Positions 29,703-40,362 of a stretch of 64,000 nucleotides of DNA are shown piece after piece (within the stretch, counting starts at the first letter, position 1; each line of letters begins with the position of its first letter). A model generated the notes under the pieces. It worked only from the letters and a program-made list of their open reading frames with translations. It was not told where the DNA came from and ran no database searches. Source of the DNA: Candidatus Zambryskiibacteriota bacterium. GTDB taxonomy: Bacteria; Patescibacteriota; Minisyncoccia; Phycocordibacterales; Zambryskibacteraceae. The position numbers were made by a program, and so were the translations under genes. The stretch lies in contig JACOVQ010000004.1 of NCBI GenBank assembly GCA_016177225.1, positions 3,328-67,327 on the forward strand, read 5' to 3'.

Positions 29703-29766
29703 GGAGCCTCCCTTTTACGATTATACCATTGATTTTAAGTAATTTCTAAGGTATCTTATCTTTTGC

Positions 29767-30273
29767 ATGAAAGACGACGAAAATGAAATAGTGCCGGAAG
29801 AACTAGACGACTCTGTAGTTGCAGAAGAGACACAAGCGCAGCAGATTAAGAAGCTCAAGGATAAGCTTGCGACAGCGGAGGTAAAGGCCAAGGAGTATCT
29901 AGACGGCTGGCAGAGGAGCCAGGCGGATTTTGTCAATCTGCGCAAACGCGATGAGGAGGCGAAGAAGGAGTTTATGAAGTTTGTCAGTTTGGAAGTAGTA
30001 AAAGATTTAATTCCGGTGCTCGATGCTTTGTCTATCGGCAACAATGAGCCGGTGTACAAATTGCTTATGCAGACGCTTGATAAACATGGTCTTACAGAAT
30101 CAAATCCGATAGGAGAAGAATTTAATCCTGAATTTCACGAAACAATCGGCGTTATCCATACAGATAAGCCGGATGAGGACCACAAGATTCTTGAAGTCGC
30201 GCAAAAAGGTTATATACTATCAGGGAAAATTATCAGACCCGCCAAAGTGCGGATAGGAGAATATAAGAATTAA
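29767..30273 (+). CDS. grpE: nucleotide exchange factor GrpE
   Basis: RSQADFVNLRKR, FNPEFHE and IRPAKV. Confidence 0.95.
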   Translation: MKDDENEIVPEELDDSVVAEETQAQQIKKLKDKLATAEVKAKEYLDGWQRSQADFVNLRKRDEEAKKEFMKFVSLEVVKDLIPVLDALSIGNNEPVYKLLMQTLDKHGLTESNPIGEEFNPEFHETIGVIHTDKPDEDHKILEVAQKGYILSGKIIRPAKVRIGEYKN

Positions 30274-30276
30274 ATT

Positions 30277-32148
30277 ATGGCAAAAATAATCGGCATTGAT
30301 TTGGGTACAACCTTTTCCGCCGTGGCGGTCATGGAAGCAGGTACGCCAAAAATTTTGGAAAACTCGGAGGGCGCACGTACCACGCCTTCCATTGTCGCGA
30401 CTTCCAAGACCAGTGAGCGTCTGATAGGGCTTTTGGCTAAGCGGCAAGCGGTAACCAATCCGAAGAACACAGTCTTTGGCATCAAGCGCTTCATCGGCCA
30501 CACTTTCTCCGACCCTGCGGTACAGAAGGATAAAGCCACCGTGCCTTATGAGATAAAAGTGGCGCAGAATGGCGGCGTATTGGTAAAGATGGGCGATAAA
30601 GACTATCGCCCGGAAGAAATCTCCGCCATGATTTTAGGAAAGTTAAAGAGTGACGCAGAAGCAAGGCTGGGCGAAAAGGTAACAGAGGCAATTATTACCG
30701 TACCCGCTTATTTCAATGACTCGCAAAGACAGGCGACCAAAGATGCCGGAGCCATCGCCGGGTTGGATGTCAAAAGAATTATCAACGAGCCGACTGCCGC
30801 CGCGCTCGCCTATGGTTTAAATAAAAAAAAGAATGAGAAGATTGCGGTGTTCGATTTCGGCGGCGGCACTTTTGATATCTCCATTCTTGAAGTAGGGGAT
30901 GATGTGGTGGAAGTAAAGTCTACAGACGGCGACTCGCATCTCGGAGGCAAAGACATCGACCAGAAAGTGCTCAATTGGATTGCGGAAGAATACAAAAAAG
31001 AATCCGGCATCGACGTACGTTCAGATGCTTTAGCTCTCCAGCGCTTAGACGAAGCCGCCGAAAAGGCCAAAATTGAGCTCTCGACTGCCACGGAAACTGA
31101 AATCAACGTTCCATTCATTACCTCGGATGCTTCAGGTCCAAGGCACTTATTGCTCAAAATTTCCCGCGCGAAACTCGAAGAACTTGCCAGAGAGTTTGTC
31201 GACCGCGCCATGACTATCACGAAGCGCGCTATGGAAGCCTCTCCGTTTAAGATAGGAGATATAAATGAAGTGCTTCTTGTCGGTGGACAAACCCGCATGC
31301 CGGCTATTGCAGAAGGAGTTAAAAAATTCTTTAACAAAGAGCCAAACAAATCCATTAACCCCGATGAAGTAGTCGCTCTCGGCGCCGCTATCCAAGGAGG
31401 CATTCTGGCAGGAGATGTCAAAGATGTTTTGCTCTTAGACGTTATCCCACTTTCTCTAGGTATTGAGACTATGGGCGGAGTAGCGACAAAACTGATTGAG
31501 AAAAACACCACTATTCCTACCGCCAAGTCGCAAATTTTTTCTACGGCGGCGGATAATCAAACATCCGTTGAGATTCACATAGTGCAGGGAGAGCGCGCTA
31601 TGGCGTCAGATAACAAATCGCTTGGAAAATTTATTCTTGACGGCATTCCTCCAGCGTCGCGCGGGATGCCGCAAATTGAAGTAACTTTTGATGTTGATGC
31701 CAATGGAATCTTAAATGTAAAAGCCAAAGATAAAGCAACTAGCAAGGAACAGTCGATAAGGATTGAAGCAAGCTCTGGACTATCGAAACAAGATATCGAG
31801 AAAATGCAAAAAGATGCCGAAGCAAATGCCGCTGAAGACCAGAAGAAAAAAGATTTGGTAGATGCCAAAAATTTGGCGGAGCAGATGATTTATACAGCCG
31901 AGAAATCTCTCAAGGATGCGCCAAATGTTCCGGAAGATATTAAAACCGGAGTGAATGCAAAAATTGACGCGCTCAAAAAGGAAAAAGATTCTGGAAATCT
32001 TGAATCAATTAAATCAGCAACCGAAGCGCTCTCGACGGAGATGCAGAAGATAGGGGAGTATATGAACAGACAACAGACAACCAACGACCAACAACAGAAG
32101 CCGCCGGAAGGCGAGAATCCCGACATCAAAGATGCGGAAACTAAATGA
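30277..32148 (+). CDS. dnaK: chaperone DnaK
   Basis: [15 protein letters not shown] and DFGGGTFD. Confidence 0.98.
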   Translation: MAKIIGIDLGTTFSAVAVMEAGTPKILENSEGARTTPSIVATSKTSERLIGLLAKRQAVTNPKNTVFGIKRFIGHTFSDPAVQKDKATVPYEIKVAQNGGVLVKMGDKDYRPEEISAMILGKLKSDAEARLGEKVTEAIITVPAYFNDSQRQATKDAGAIAGLDVKRIINEPTAAALAYGLNKKKNEKIAVFDFGGGTFDISILEVGDDVVEVKSTDGDSHLGGKDIDQKVLNWIAEEYKKESGIDVRSDALALQRLDEAAEKAKIELSTATETEINVPFITSDASGPRHLLLKISRAKLEELAREFVDRAMTITKRAMEASPFKIGDINEVLLVGGQTRMPAIAEGVKKFFNKEPNKSINPDEVVALGAAIQGGILAGDVKDVLLLDVIPLSLGIETMGGVATKLIEKNTTIPTAKSQIFSTAADNQTSVEIHIVQGERAMASDNKSLGKFILDGIPPASRGMPQIEVTFDVDANGILNVKAKDKATSKEQSIRIEASSGLSKQDIEKMQKDAEANAAEDQKKKDLVDAKNLAEQMIYTAEKSLKDAPNVPEDIKTGVNAKIDALKKEKDSGNLESIKSATEALSTEMQKIGEYMNRQQTTNDQQQKPPEGENPDIKDAETK

Positions 32149-33008
32149 AGGACTATTACAAGATTTTAGGAGTCAAACGCGATGCGAGCGAAGAGGAAAT
32201 TAAAAAGGCCTTTAGAAAATTAGCTCATGCTCACCACCCGGACAAAGCGAGTGGTGATGAAGCTAAATTTAAAGAAGCGAGCGAAGCGTACTCCGTACTT
32301 TCTGATAAAGAAAAACGCAGGCAGTACGATACTGGACAAGCGAGCGGAGGTTTCGGATTCAAGGGTTCCGGACCAGACCCCGTCTGGTCCAGTGGCTTTG
32401 ACTTCTCCAACTTTGGATTTGGCGGAGCAGGTTTTGATACGGGAGACTTGGGTGATATTCTCTCAAGCATTTTCGGCGGCAGGCGAGTGCGTAGAGGGCG
32501 CGATATTGCCGTCGATATCGAACTCTCTTTCCAAGAATCGATTTTCGGCACTCAACGTAAAGTTGTCATAAACTCTAAATTAGTAAAGCAAAAAGAAGTT
32601 TCTATTTCCGTACCGCCGGGAATTGATGAAGGCCAGATGATACGGCTCTCCGGCATGGGCGAGACGCTTGAAGGGGGAGTACCGGGAGATCTTTACGTAA
32701 AAGTGCATGTCAGGAAGCATCCGTACTTCCGCAAAGAGGGTTACAACTTAGTGATGGATTCGGAAGTCAAGCTCACAGAAGCGCTTTTAGGCGCAGAGAA
32801 AGAGATTCACACTCTCGATGGCGAAATTACTCTCAAGATTCCTAGTGGCATTAAACACGGCACAATTTTAAGAGTGAAAGGCAAAGGCGTGCCTTTGGGC
32901 GGAAACAAAAGGGGAGATATTTATATACGTATTTCCGTCAATATTCCCGAAAAACTTTCCAAAGAGGCTAGGAAACTTATTGAGGAATTGAAGAAAGAGG
33001 GGTTGTAG
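32145..33008 (+). CDS. dnaJ: DnaJ-family co-chaperone without a Zn-finger region
   Basis: J domain with HPD, G/F region and C-terminal domain; no CxxCxGxG repeats. Confidence 0.88.
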   Translation: MKDYYKILGVKRDASEEEIKKAFRKLAHAHHPDKASGDEAKFKEASEAYSVLSDKEKRRQYDTGQASGGFGFKGSGPDPVWSSGFDFSNFGFGGAGFDTGDLGDILSSIFGGRRVRRGRDIAVDIELSFQESIFGTQRKVVINSKLVKQKEVSISVPPGIDEGQMIRLSGMGETLEGGVPGDLYVKVHVRKHPYFRKEGYNLVMDSEVKLTEALLGAEKEIHTLDGEITLKIPSGIKHGTILRVKGKGVPLGGNKRGDIYIRISVNIPEKLSKEARKLIEELKKEGL

Positions 33009-33201
33009 AAAAATGAGGGCGTTGCGCTCCGCGCAACGCCCTCTGGTAGGAACTCTCATCCCACCAAACAATCTTGAGGCCTTTGAAACAGCTCTCGTGC
33101 ATTTCCATACCTCGGACGAGGATATGCACGTCGCCTTGGACCAACTCTCCTTCGATGGTGTGTGCGGGAACAAATTCTTTGAGACACTTGCTACAGACCA
33201 T
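32977..33201 (-). CDS. small putative Zn-binding protein
   Basis: AAGGAGG SD; CSKC...HESC; reads through hairpin 33015-33043. Confidence 0.5.
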   Translation of the reverse strand: MVCSKCLKEFVPAHTIEGELVQGDVHILVRGMEMHESCFKGLKIVWWDESSYQRALRGAQRPHFSTTPLSSIPQ

Positions 33202-33291
33202 ACAGCCTCCTTTGTCTATTTTAATCTTACTCTTTATTTTTAGTCTATGTGTACAGTTATCCACCTATGGTAATATTTAAAATTCTGAGTC

Positions 33292-35040
33292 ATGGAAAAT
33301 ATCCCGAGCACTCCGTTTAAATTTATCTGGTTTGCCATTAAGCCGTACAAGAGGTGGTTTTTCTTAGCACTTTTTCTAGTTCTCTTATCTGATATTTTCG
33401 GTGGCTTACAGTCCTATACTCTTAAAAGACTGATTGACGCTGCTAATTCTTCCTCAAGCTCTGTTTTTATGTGGGTTCTTATGTATCCGATTTTAATTTT
33501 GCTTTCTGTCGGGGCTGTAAGAGCTACTGGATTTATTCAAAATTTTCTTACAATTAAGTCTCGGCTAAGGGCTGCTAAATCTCTATTTGAATATCTGTCG
33601 CTTCATAGCCTTTCTTTTTTCAACGACAGATTTTCCGGTGCGTTAAGTGAAAAAGTAAGCATCGTATCATCAAATATCTCCAGATTGATAAATAACTCGT
33701 TATGGAATTTCTTCGGCTTTATTGCCTCGATTGCTGTAACAACGGCTATTATGTATTCGGCAAATAAGCAAGTTGCGTACACTTTCATCTTAGGCATAGC
33801 CGTATTAACCCCATTCAACTTATGGATAACACGCCGACAAGTTTCTCTAGCAGACAGAGCTGTAGAATTAGCTGCCAAGTTGCGCGGGCAGGTTATTGAT
33901 ACAGTTACTAATATATCCGCAGTACAGCAATATGCTAGAAGATTCTTTGAAATCGATCGATTGGATAAGGCTATGGATGAATGGAGATTTGCTGTCGTAA
34001 AGAGTAATAATTTTCGAGAATGGATTCTTGTTATTAATAACGCTATTGTCAGTGTGTTTATCGGAAGCATTATGCTTTGGGCTTTCTCTTTGTGGTCTAA
34101 AGAGGTTATAACAATCGGTTCGCTGGTAATGATTATATCTTTGGCACACAGCTTCATGCGTGAACTGTCTCATATAGGCCAGCGTATCAATGAACTGATG
34201 GAATTTTATGGAGAAATGCAGAATGGTTTAAAAGAGATAGTTCAGCCGCACAGTATCGTTGATAAGTCTGGTGCAAGAAGATTAAAAGTTACGGAAGGCA
34301 CGGTTAAGTTTGAGACCATATCTTTCGCTTATGGAGAGAATCAAAGCAAGATATTTGCAAACTTAACTTTCGAAATTAAGGGTGGAGAAAAGATTGGTAT
34401 CGTTGGAGCAAGCGGGGCGGGAAAGACAACTCTTATGAAATTGCTCCTGCGCCAGCACGATATTTTGGGAGGAATTATTTCTGTTGATGGGCAAGATGTC
34501 CGAGACATAACTCAGGAGAGTTTGCGAGAGAATATTTCTATAGTGCCCCAAGAACCAATGCTTTTCCATCGTACAATCCGCGAAAATATTTTATACGGCA
34601 AGTTAGATGGCACAGAAGAAGAAATGATAGAAGTGGCCAAGAAAGCTCAGGCTCACGATTTTATTGAATTACTGCCAAATAAATATGATTCATTGGTAGG
34701 GGAGCGAGGAGTGAAGCTCTCTGTCGGCCAGCGCCAGCGCATCGCCATTGCTAGAGCATTTCTCAAAAATGCGCCGATTCTTATACTTGATGAAGCGACA
34801 AGTGCTCTGGATAGCGAAAGTGAGGTGGCGGTGCAGAAAGCGCTCCATGCGCTTATGGAAGGCAAGACTGTTTTTGCCATAGCGCACCGCCTCTCAACTT
34901 TGCGCGACATGGACAGAATTCTAGTATTCAAGGATGGTCAAATTGTAGAAGACGGGACTCACCGCACGCTTCTAAAAAATAAGAATGGCGTCTACGCTTC
35001 ATTTTGGTCCCACCAAGCAGGTGGGTTTATCCAGGCTTAA
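33292..35040 (+). CDS. ABC exporter, fused permease/ATPase (MsbA-like)
   Basis: TM domain, GASGAGKT, LSVGQRQR and ILDEATS. Confidence 0.95.
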   Translation: MENIPSTPFKFIWFAIKPYKRWFFLALFLVLLSDIFGGLQSYTLKRLIDAANSSSSSVFMWVLMYPILILLSVGAVRATGFIQNFLTIKSRLRAAKSLFEYLSLHSLSFFNDRFSGALSEKVSIVSSNISRLINNSLWNFFGFIASIAVTTAIMYSANKQVAYTFILGIAVLTPFNLWITRRQVSLADRAVELAAKLRGQVIDTVTNISAVQQYARRFFEIDRLDKAMDEWRFAVVKSNNFREWILVINNAIVSVFIGSIMLWAFSLWSKEVITIGSLVMIISLAHSFMRELSHIGQRINELMEFYGEMQNGLKEIVQPHSIVDKSGARRLKVTEGTVKFETISFAYGENQSKIFANLTFEIKGGEKIGIVGASGAGKTTLMKLLLRQHDILGGIISVDGQDVRDITQESLRENISIVPQEPMLFHRTIRENILYGKLDGTEEEMIEVAKKAQAHDFIELLPNKYDSLVGERGVKLSVGQRQRIAIARAFLKNAPILILDEATSALDSESEVAVQKALHALMEGKTVFAIAHRLSTLRDMDRILVFKDGQIVEDGTHRTLLKNKNGVYASFWSHQAGGFIQA

Positions 35041-35072
35041 TTAAAAGGGAAATTAAGGTTATAATTGACTCT

Positions 35073-36023
35073 ATGGGTAAAAACATACTACTCTCCGGCG
35101 TCAAGCCGACTGGTCGGCCCCATATTGGCAATTTTTTCGGCGCCATGAAGCAGTTTGTGGAGCTTCAGAACGAATACGAAGCCCATATCTTCATCGCTGA
35201 CCTGCACGCTCTGACAACGATTCAGAACAGGAAAGAACTCGAAGAAAACACGCTTGGTGTGCTCTTGGACTACTTGGCCATAGGTCTGGACCCCGAGAAG
35301 ACTGTGATTTATAAACAATCCGATGTGCCGGAAGTCGCCGAACTTGCCTGGATTTTCAATTGTCTCACTACCATGCCGTACCTCTCTCGTGCTCATGCAT
35401 ACAAAGATGCCGAGGCCAAGAATAAAGAAGTGAATGTCGGACTTTTTGGTTACCCGCTCCTGATGGCGGCTGACATCCTTTTGCCGGGAGCCGATGTGGT
35501 GCCTGTCGGGCAGGACCAGAAACAACATGTGGAAATTGCCCGAGACACTGCCGAGAAATTTAATCGTATCTTCGGCGACACTTTCAAATTGCCGGAGCCG
35601 TTGATTCTTGAAAATGCCGCCGTGGTGCCGGGTACGGATGGTCAAAAGATGTCCAAGAGCTATGGCAATACCATCGGACTCTTTGCCTCTGACGGAGAAA
35701 TAGAAAAAGCGGTGATGAGCATTGTCACTGATTCCGATTCAGAGATTCCGCAAAATGTGTACGCGATACATTCTCTATTGCGAGATAAAACGGAGTTGAA
35801 CGCTCTCTATGCTGAGAATAAAGGGCAATATAAGAAATTAAAAGAACTCCTGGTCGAAGATTTGAAGAATTTCGTCAGACCAATGCGAGAGAAACGCCAA
35901 GCTTTTAAAAAAGATATACCTATGGTGATGGAAGTATTGAAACTTGGTGGCAAAACGGCTCGTGCCCATACTGAAGAAAAGATGGAAGAAGTGCGAGCGA
36001 AAGTGGGACTTTCGCCCTACTAG
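35073..36023 (+). CDS. trpS: tryptophan--tRNA ligase
   Basis: PTGRPHIGN, GQDQKQH and KMSKS. Confidence 0.97.
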   Translation: MGKNILLSGVKPTGRPHIGNFFGAMKQFVELQNEYEAHIFIADLHALTTIQNRKELEENTLGVLLDYLAIGLDPEKTVIYKQSDVPEVAELAWIFNCLTTMPYLSRAHAYKDAEAKNKEVNVGLFGYPLLMAADILLPGADVVPVGQDQKQHVEIARDTAEKFNRIFGDTFKLPEPLILENAAVVPGTDGQKMSKSYGNTIGLFASDGEIEKAVMSIVTDSDSEIPQNVYAIHSLLRDKTELNALYAENKGQYKKLKELLVEDLKNFVRPMREKRQAFKKDIPMVMEVLKLGGKTARAHTEEKMEEVRAKVGLSPY

Positions 36024-36068
36024 TTTATAAGTTATGAAGTTTGTAAGTTTGTAAGTTTTTAAGTTATG
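36021..36068 (+). repeat. six 8-bp tandem units (AAGTTTGT-like)
   Basis: tagtttat aagttatg aagtttgt aagtttgt aagttttt aagttatg. Confidence 0.85.
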
Positions 36069-36491
36069 GCTGAACAAATAAAAGAAACAAAAAGCGCTGG
36101 AGGTGTAGTGGTCAACAGTGAAGGAAAGGTACTCGTAGTAAATCAAAAAGGTGATTCCTGGTCGCTTCCAAAAGGACATATTGATATGAGAGAAGATGCG
36201 ATTACGGCTGCAAAGAGGGAAGTTTATGAAGAATCAGGTATTTCTGATTTAAAATTAATAAAAGAACTTGGCAGTTACCAAAGATACAGAATTGGAAAGG
36301 GTGGTGTTGGCGATGATAAAACAGAGGTCAAGATAATAATAATGTTTCTTTTTACAACATTAGAAAACGCCATCCATCCTATTGATCCAGAAAACCCAGA
36401 AGCCAAATGGGTTCCAAGAGAGAAGGTAGCAGCACTCCTGACTCATCCAAAAGATAAAGAATTCTTTCTTAGTATTGTAAGTGAAATTTAA
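36066..36491 (+). CDS. NUDIX hydrolase
   Basis: Nudix box GHIDMREDAITAAKREVYEESG. Confidence 0.92.
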   Translation: MAEQIKETKSAGGVVVNSEGKVLVVNQKGDSWSLPKGHIDMREDAITAAKREVYEESGISDLKLIKELGSYQRYRIGKGGVGDDKTEVKIIIMFLFTTLENAIHPIDPENPEAKWVPREKVAALLTHPKDKEFFLSIVSEI

Positions 36492-36874
36492 TGGCTACCG
36501 GATTAGAAAATTTGAAAATATACCAGATGGCCAAAAAACTGGAACTTGAGGTTTTTAAACTACTGAAAAGTTTTCCAAAGGAAGAATGTTTTAGAAGTGT
36601 CGATCAATTGAGCCACTCTTCTTCATCAGTTACCAATAATATTGCCGAAGCTTACAATAAAAAGTCCATTAAAGATAAAACTAGGATACTGAACGATATT
36701 GTAAAGGGAGAAGCTAATGAGACGCGATCCAATCTAGAAGTATGCATAGAAAAGGGATTTCATAGTGAAAAATCATTGATAAATGGGTATACTGAACTCC
36801 TGATGGCTTTAAGTGGATATATTCGTTTTCTTCGCAATTCAGAAACTCAGACTTCTAAACTTACAAACTTATGA
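36491..36874 (+). CDS. four-helix-bundle protein (23S rRNA IVP family)
   Basis: LKIYQ...FPKEE...DQL..SSSSVTNNIAEAY. Confidence 0.9.
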   Translation: MATGLENLKIYQMAKKLELEVFKLLKSFPKEECFRSVDQLSHSSSSVTNNIAEAYNKKSIKDKTRILNDIVKGEANETRSNLEVCIEKGFHSEKSLINGYTELLMALSGYIRFLRNSETQTSKLTNL

Positions 36875-36888
36875 ACTTACAAACTAAT
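36843..36888 (-). repeat. 8-bp tandem units, inverted relative to 36021-36068
   Basis: aaacttac aaacttat gaacttac aaactaat. Confidence 0.8.
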
Positions 36889-38130
36889 TTACTACAGGGA
36901 TTCGTACATGCGCTAAGAATACAATCCAAGATAATTTTTATTGTAGTTAGAAATTTGAAAGGATTAACACAGGTTGTAGTTATGGCGGACAATCCAGAAT
37001 TTGAAACGGCTAAAAATTTGTCTTTAGAATCGGTAATTAGAGTGACTGGAAAGATGAAAGAGGCGTCACAGGCGCCGGGTGGACGAGAAATACACCCGGA
37101 CAAAATCGAAGTATTGTCAAAAGCTAATCCAGAACTTCCGATACCAGTGGTTGTTAAAGGTTCTGATGAAGAAACGGAAGCTCCTATGCGCTTCGACTAC
37201 CGCTGGCTCGATTTGCGCAAACCCGAGAAAGTCAAGATTTTCCAAATCTGGACAGAGTTTGAAAAAGGCTGGAGAAAGTATTGGGATGAGAACAACTTTA
37301 TCCAGCTTTATCCGCCTGCATTAATGTCTACATCTTCAGAGAGCGGAGCGGAAGTTTTTGAAGTCAACTACTTTGATCGCAAGGCATACTTGGCCCAATC
37401 ACCCCAGTTCTACAAACAAATGGCCATGGCCGCCGGTTTCGAAAAAGTTTTCATGATGTCTCCAGTGTTTCGCGCGGAGGAGTCCTTTACCACGAGGCAT
37501 ATGACGGAGTTTACCGGTTGGGACTTTGAAATTTCTTATATCAAAGACCATCACGATATCATGGATGCCGAAGAGGGGATGATTATTGCCGGATTTAAAC
37601 AGCTTCTTGAGAAATTTCCCGAGCTAAACATCACTATCCCCACACAACCTTTCCCAAGGATAAGCATGGTTGAGGCAAAGAAGATACTTCGAACACTCGG
37701 TGTTGCATCTCCAGAAGAACACGACCTTTCTCCCGAAGAAGAACGGGCCATTTCGGAGTATGTGTTAAAAGAACATAAACATGAGTTTATATTTATCACT
37801 GAGTATCATAAATCCAAGAGTGCTTTTTATCATATGTCATTAGCAAATGACCCTGAGCGTAGTCGAAGGGCAGACTTGCTTTATCGTGGTATAGAAGTGA
37901 CCACTCTGGCACAACGGGAACATCGTCCAGAAATATTGGAGAAGCAGGCGATAGAGAAAAATATGAATTTGAAATCACTCAAAGATTATCTAAACTTCTT
38001 CCGCTGGGGTTGTCCGCCGCATGGCGGCGCCGGCATCGGCCCAGGCCGTTTTATCATGAAAATTCTCGACCTTCCCAACGTCCGCGAAGTCACCTTCTTA
38101 CCGCGCGACGTCAAGCGCTTGAATCCGTAA
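36871..38130 (+). CDS. aspS: aspartate--tRNA ligase, short non-discriminating type
   Basis: YLAQSPQFYKQ, FRAE, PPHGGAGIG and PRD. Confidence 0.93.
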   Translation: MNLQTNLLQGFVHALRIQSKIIFIVVRNLKGLTQVVVMADNPEFETAKNLSLESVIRVTGKMKEASQAPGGREIHPDKIEVLSKANPELPIPVVVKGSDEETEAPMRFDYRWLDLRKPEKVKIFQIWTEFEKGWRKYWDENNFIQLYPPALMSTSSESGAEVFEVNYFDRKAYLAQSPQFYKQMAMAAGFEKVFMMSPVFRAEESFTTRHMTEFTGWDFEISYIKDHHDIMDAEEGMIIAGFKQLLEKFPELNITIPTQPFPRISMVEAKKILRTLGVASPEEHDLSPEEERAISEYVLKEHKHEFIFITEYHKSKSAFYHMSLANDPERSRRADLLYRGIEVTTLAQREHRPEILEKQAIEKNMNLKSLKDYLNFFRWGCPPHGGAGIGPGRFIMKILDLPNVREVTFLPRDVKRLNP

Positions 38131-38144
38131 GGTATAATTGATTT

Positions 38145-38879
38145 GTGGAATTTGAAGTTAAAACATCTCGTTTCGAAGGTCCATTAGAGCTTCTCTTGGA
38201 GCTCGTCACGTCTAGAAAGCTTTTCGTCAATGATGTCTCACTCTCGGAAGTGGCGGATGATTTCATTCATTATCTCGAAACTCATGAAGAGTTTCCGTTG
38301 AACGAGTCGGCGGAGTTTATTGTTATTGCGTCAACTCTGATGTTCATCAAATCACGCTCGTTATTACCTTCGCTTAAGTTAACTGAGGAAGAAGAACAGA
38401 GCATCCATGAACTTGAAGACCGCTTAGCGCTCTATGCGCAAACCAAGAAGCTCGCGGCCGAACTCTCAAAGATTTTCGGCAAACGAGTAATATTTGAAAA
38501 ATTACCACCCAAGTTGCCATTGATAGTCTTTTCTCCCGATTCTAAAACTAATACGAATAATCTCTTAGCGGCGCTCGAAGCGCTTCTGGAATCTCTGCCG
38601 AAGGAAATTGCTTTGCCGAAAGTAACGGTAAAGAAAGTAATCAGTCTGGAGGAGATGATAGAGAAACTCGCGACGAGGATATCACAGGCTTCGAAATTAA
38701 GCTTCAAAGATTTCCACGGGGTAAAAGGGAAACTTACACACGAGAAGAAAGTCTCTATAATCATTGGCTTTCTCGCTATGCTTGAGCTTGTGAAGCGCGG
38801 CGCGATCCGTGTCAGCCAGGAAATTCAGGGAGAAATTGAGATAGAAAGTGAGAATGTGGGAGTTCCAATGTATAATTAG
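38145..38879 (+). CDS. scpA: segregation/condensation protein A
   Basis: FEGPLELLL, KSRSLLP and FLAMLELVK. Confidence 0.93.
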   Translation: MEFEVKTSRFEGPLELLLELVTSRKLFVNDVSLSEVADDFIHYLETHEEFPLNESAEFIVIASTLMFIKSRSLLPSLKLTEEEEQSIHELEDRLALYAQTKKLAAELSKIFGKRVIFEKLPPKLPLIVFSPDSKTNTNNLLAALEALLESLPKEIALPKVTVKKVISLEEMIEKLATRISQASKLSFKDFHGVKGKLTHEKKVSIIIGFLAMLELVKRGAIRVSQEIQGEIEIESENVGVPMYN

Positions 38880-38882
38880 TTT

Positions 38883-39431
38883 ATGGATATCAGCGCGAAG
38901 ATTGAATCAATACTATTTTTAAAAAACGAACCGGTGACGTTTTCAGAATTTTCAAAATTACTGAAAGTTCCGAAAGAAAGTGTCCAAATTACAATAGACA
39001 AATTACAAAAAGAATACGAGAACAGAGGAATTGTTTTGGTAACGAGCGACGAAGAAGTGTCTTTCGGCACGCATCCGGAAGCAAGCGAATTGATTGAGAA
39101 GATTCAGAAGGAAGAATTTTCGAGAGAACTGGGTCGCGTCGGACTCGAAACTCTGGCCATAGTGCTTTACCGGGGACCGGTAACGAGACGGGAAATAGAT
39201 TATATACGCGGGGTTAATTCAGGCTTTACTCTGCGCACGCTTCTGGTGCGCGGCTTAGTGGAACGTAGAGAAGGAGAGGGGAGAAGTTATATTTATAAGC
39301 CGACCATAAAATTGCTACAATATTTGGGTGTGACAAAAAAGGAAGATTTGCCGGAATTCGAAACCGCATTCAATAAAATTGAAAAGTTCGAATCTGCGAA
39401 TAATCCGAATGCTACGAATGACAACGAATAA
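38883..39431 (+). CDS. scpB: segregation/condensation protein B
   Basis: IESILF and LETLAIVLYRGPVTRREIDYIRGV. Confidence 0.95.
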   Translation: MDISAKIESILFLKNEPVTFSEFSKLLKVPKESVQITIDKLQKEYENRGIVLVTSDEEVSFGTHPEASELIEKIQKEEFSRELGRVGLETLAIVLYRGPVTRREIDYIRGVNSGFTLRTLLVRGLVERREGEGRSYIYKPTIKLLQYLGVTKKEDLPEFETAFNKIEKFESANNPNATNDNE

Positions 39432-40345
39432 TGGATAATCAGATATCTCTAGCGCACGAATACGAATTAAAGCCGTTAATTTATCTTATCGGTATGGTTC
39501 TCTTAGTAATTCTCGTAGCGCTTATTTTATCAACCAAAGATACTAGAAGAGACCACTCTGTTCCGACAAAAACAGCCTCACATCCTTTTCCCGTTTTAAG
39601 CCTCGAAGCCAAAGCGGTTTATGTCTACGATATTAGAGCCGGCAAAGTATTGTTTGCCCGGAATGAAGACAAACGTCTGCCTCTGGCGTCTCTTACTAAA
39701 ATCATGTCGGCTGTCGTGGCCGAAGAATCTCTTCCAGAAAGTTTGGCAGTGAAAGTGGATGCTGAAGCCCTTAGAGAAGACGGGGACAGCGAACTTTTGC
39801 GCGATGAAAGATGGAATTTCAAAAATCTTCTGAATTTTTCTCTGGTCACTTCCTCCAATGATGGCATAAAAGCGGTAGCGCTTGCTTTTGGGGCGGCGAG
39901 CGACTTTGTGAGTGCGATGAATGAGAAGGCAAGCAAACTTGGACTTAAAAATACTTATTTCTGGAATGAGACGGGACTTGACGAATCGGATGTAAAAGGC
40001 GGTGCATATGGAAGCGCTCGCGATTTTACTCGTCTTATGTCCTATGCATGGGAAAGTTATCCGGAAATATTTTCGGGGACGCGAGAACAAGTAGCCACAT
40101 TTACATCTTTGGATAATAAAATCCATACCGCCAAAAATACCAACGATATAGTGGGGGATATTCCCGGTCTTCTGGCATCAAAAACAGGTTACACTTCCAC
40201 TGCCGGCGGCAACTTATCCATCATCTTCGACCCTGAACTTGGCTATCCAATCGCCATTACCGTCTTGGGTTCCTCGGAAGAAGGCCGCTTCAGAGATATG
40301 GAAAAATTAGTTTCCGCGTCGATTCAGTATTTAAGCGGGAAATAG
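39431..40345 (+). CDS. D-Ala-D-Ala carboxypeptidase, peptidase S11
   Basis: SLTK, SSN and KTG motifs. Confidence 0.9.
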   Translation: MDNQISLAHEYELKPLIYLIGMVLLVILVALILSTKDTRRDHSVPTKTASHPFPVLSLEAKAVYVYDIRAGKVLFARNEDKRLPLASLTKIMSAVVAEESLPESLAVKVDAEALREDGDSELLRDERWNFKNLLNFSLVTSSNDGIKAVALAFGAASDFVSAMNEKASKLGLKNTYFWNETGLDESDVKGGAYGSARDFTRLMSYAWESYPEIFSGTREQVATFTSLDNKIHTAKNTNDIVGDIPGLLASKTGYTSTAGGNLSIIFDPELGYPIAITVLGSSEEGRFRDMEKLVSASIQYLSGK

Positions 40346-40362
40346 GCTATAATCAGCCTAAT

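Noticed and set aside
30810-31526. Long antisense ORFs, here and at 5922-6590, 33603-34157 and 35088-35645
   Set aside because: Shadow frames of well-supported genes.
36491-36874. Diversity-generating retroelement (Avd-like fold)
   Set aside because: No reverse transcriptase and no TR/VR repeat pair seen in the window.
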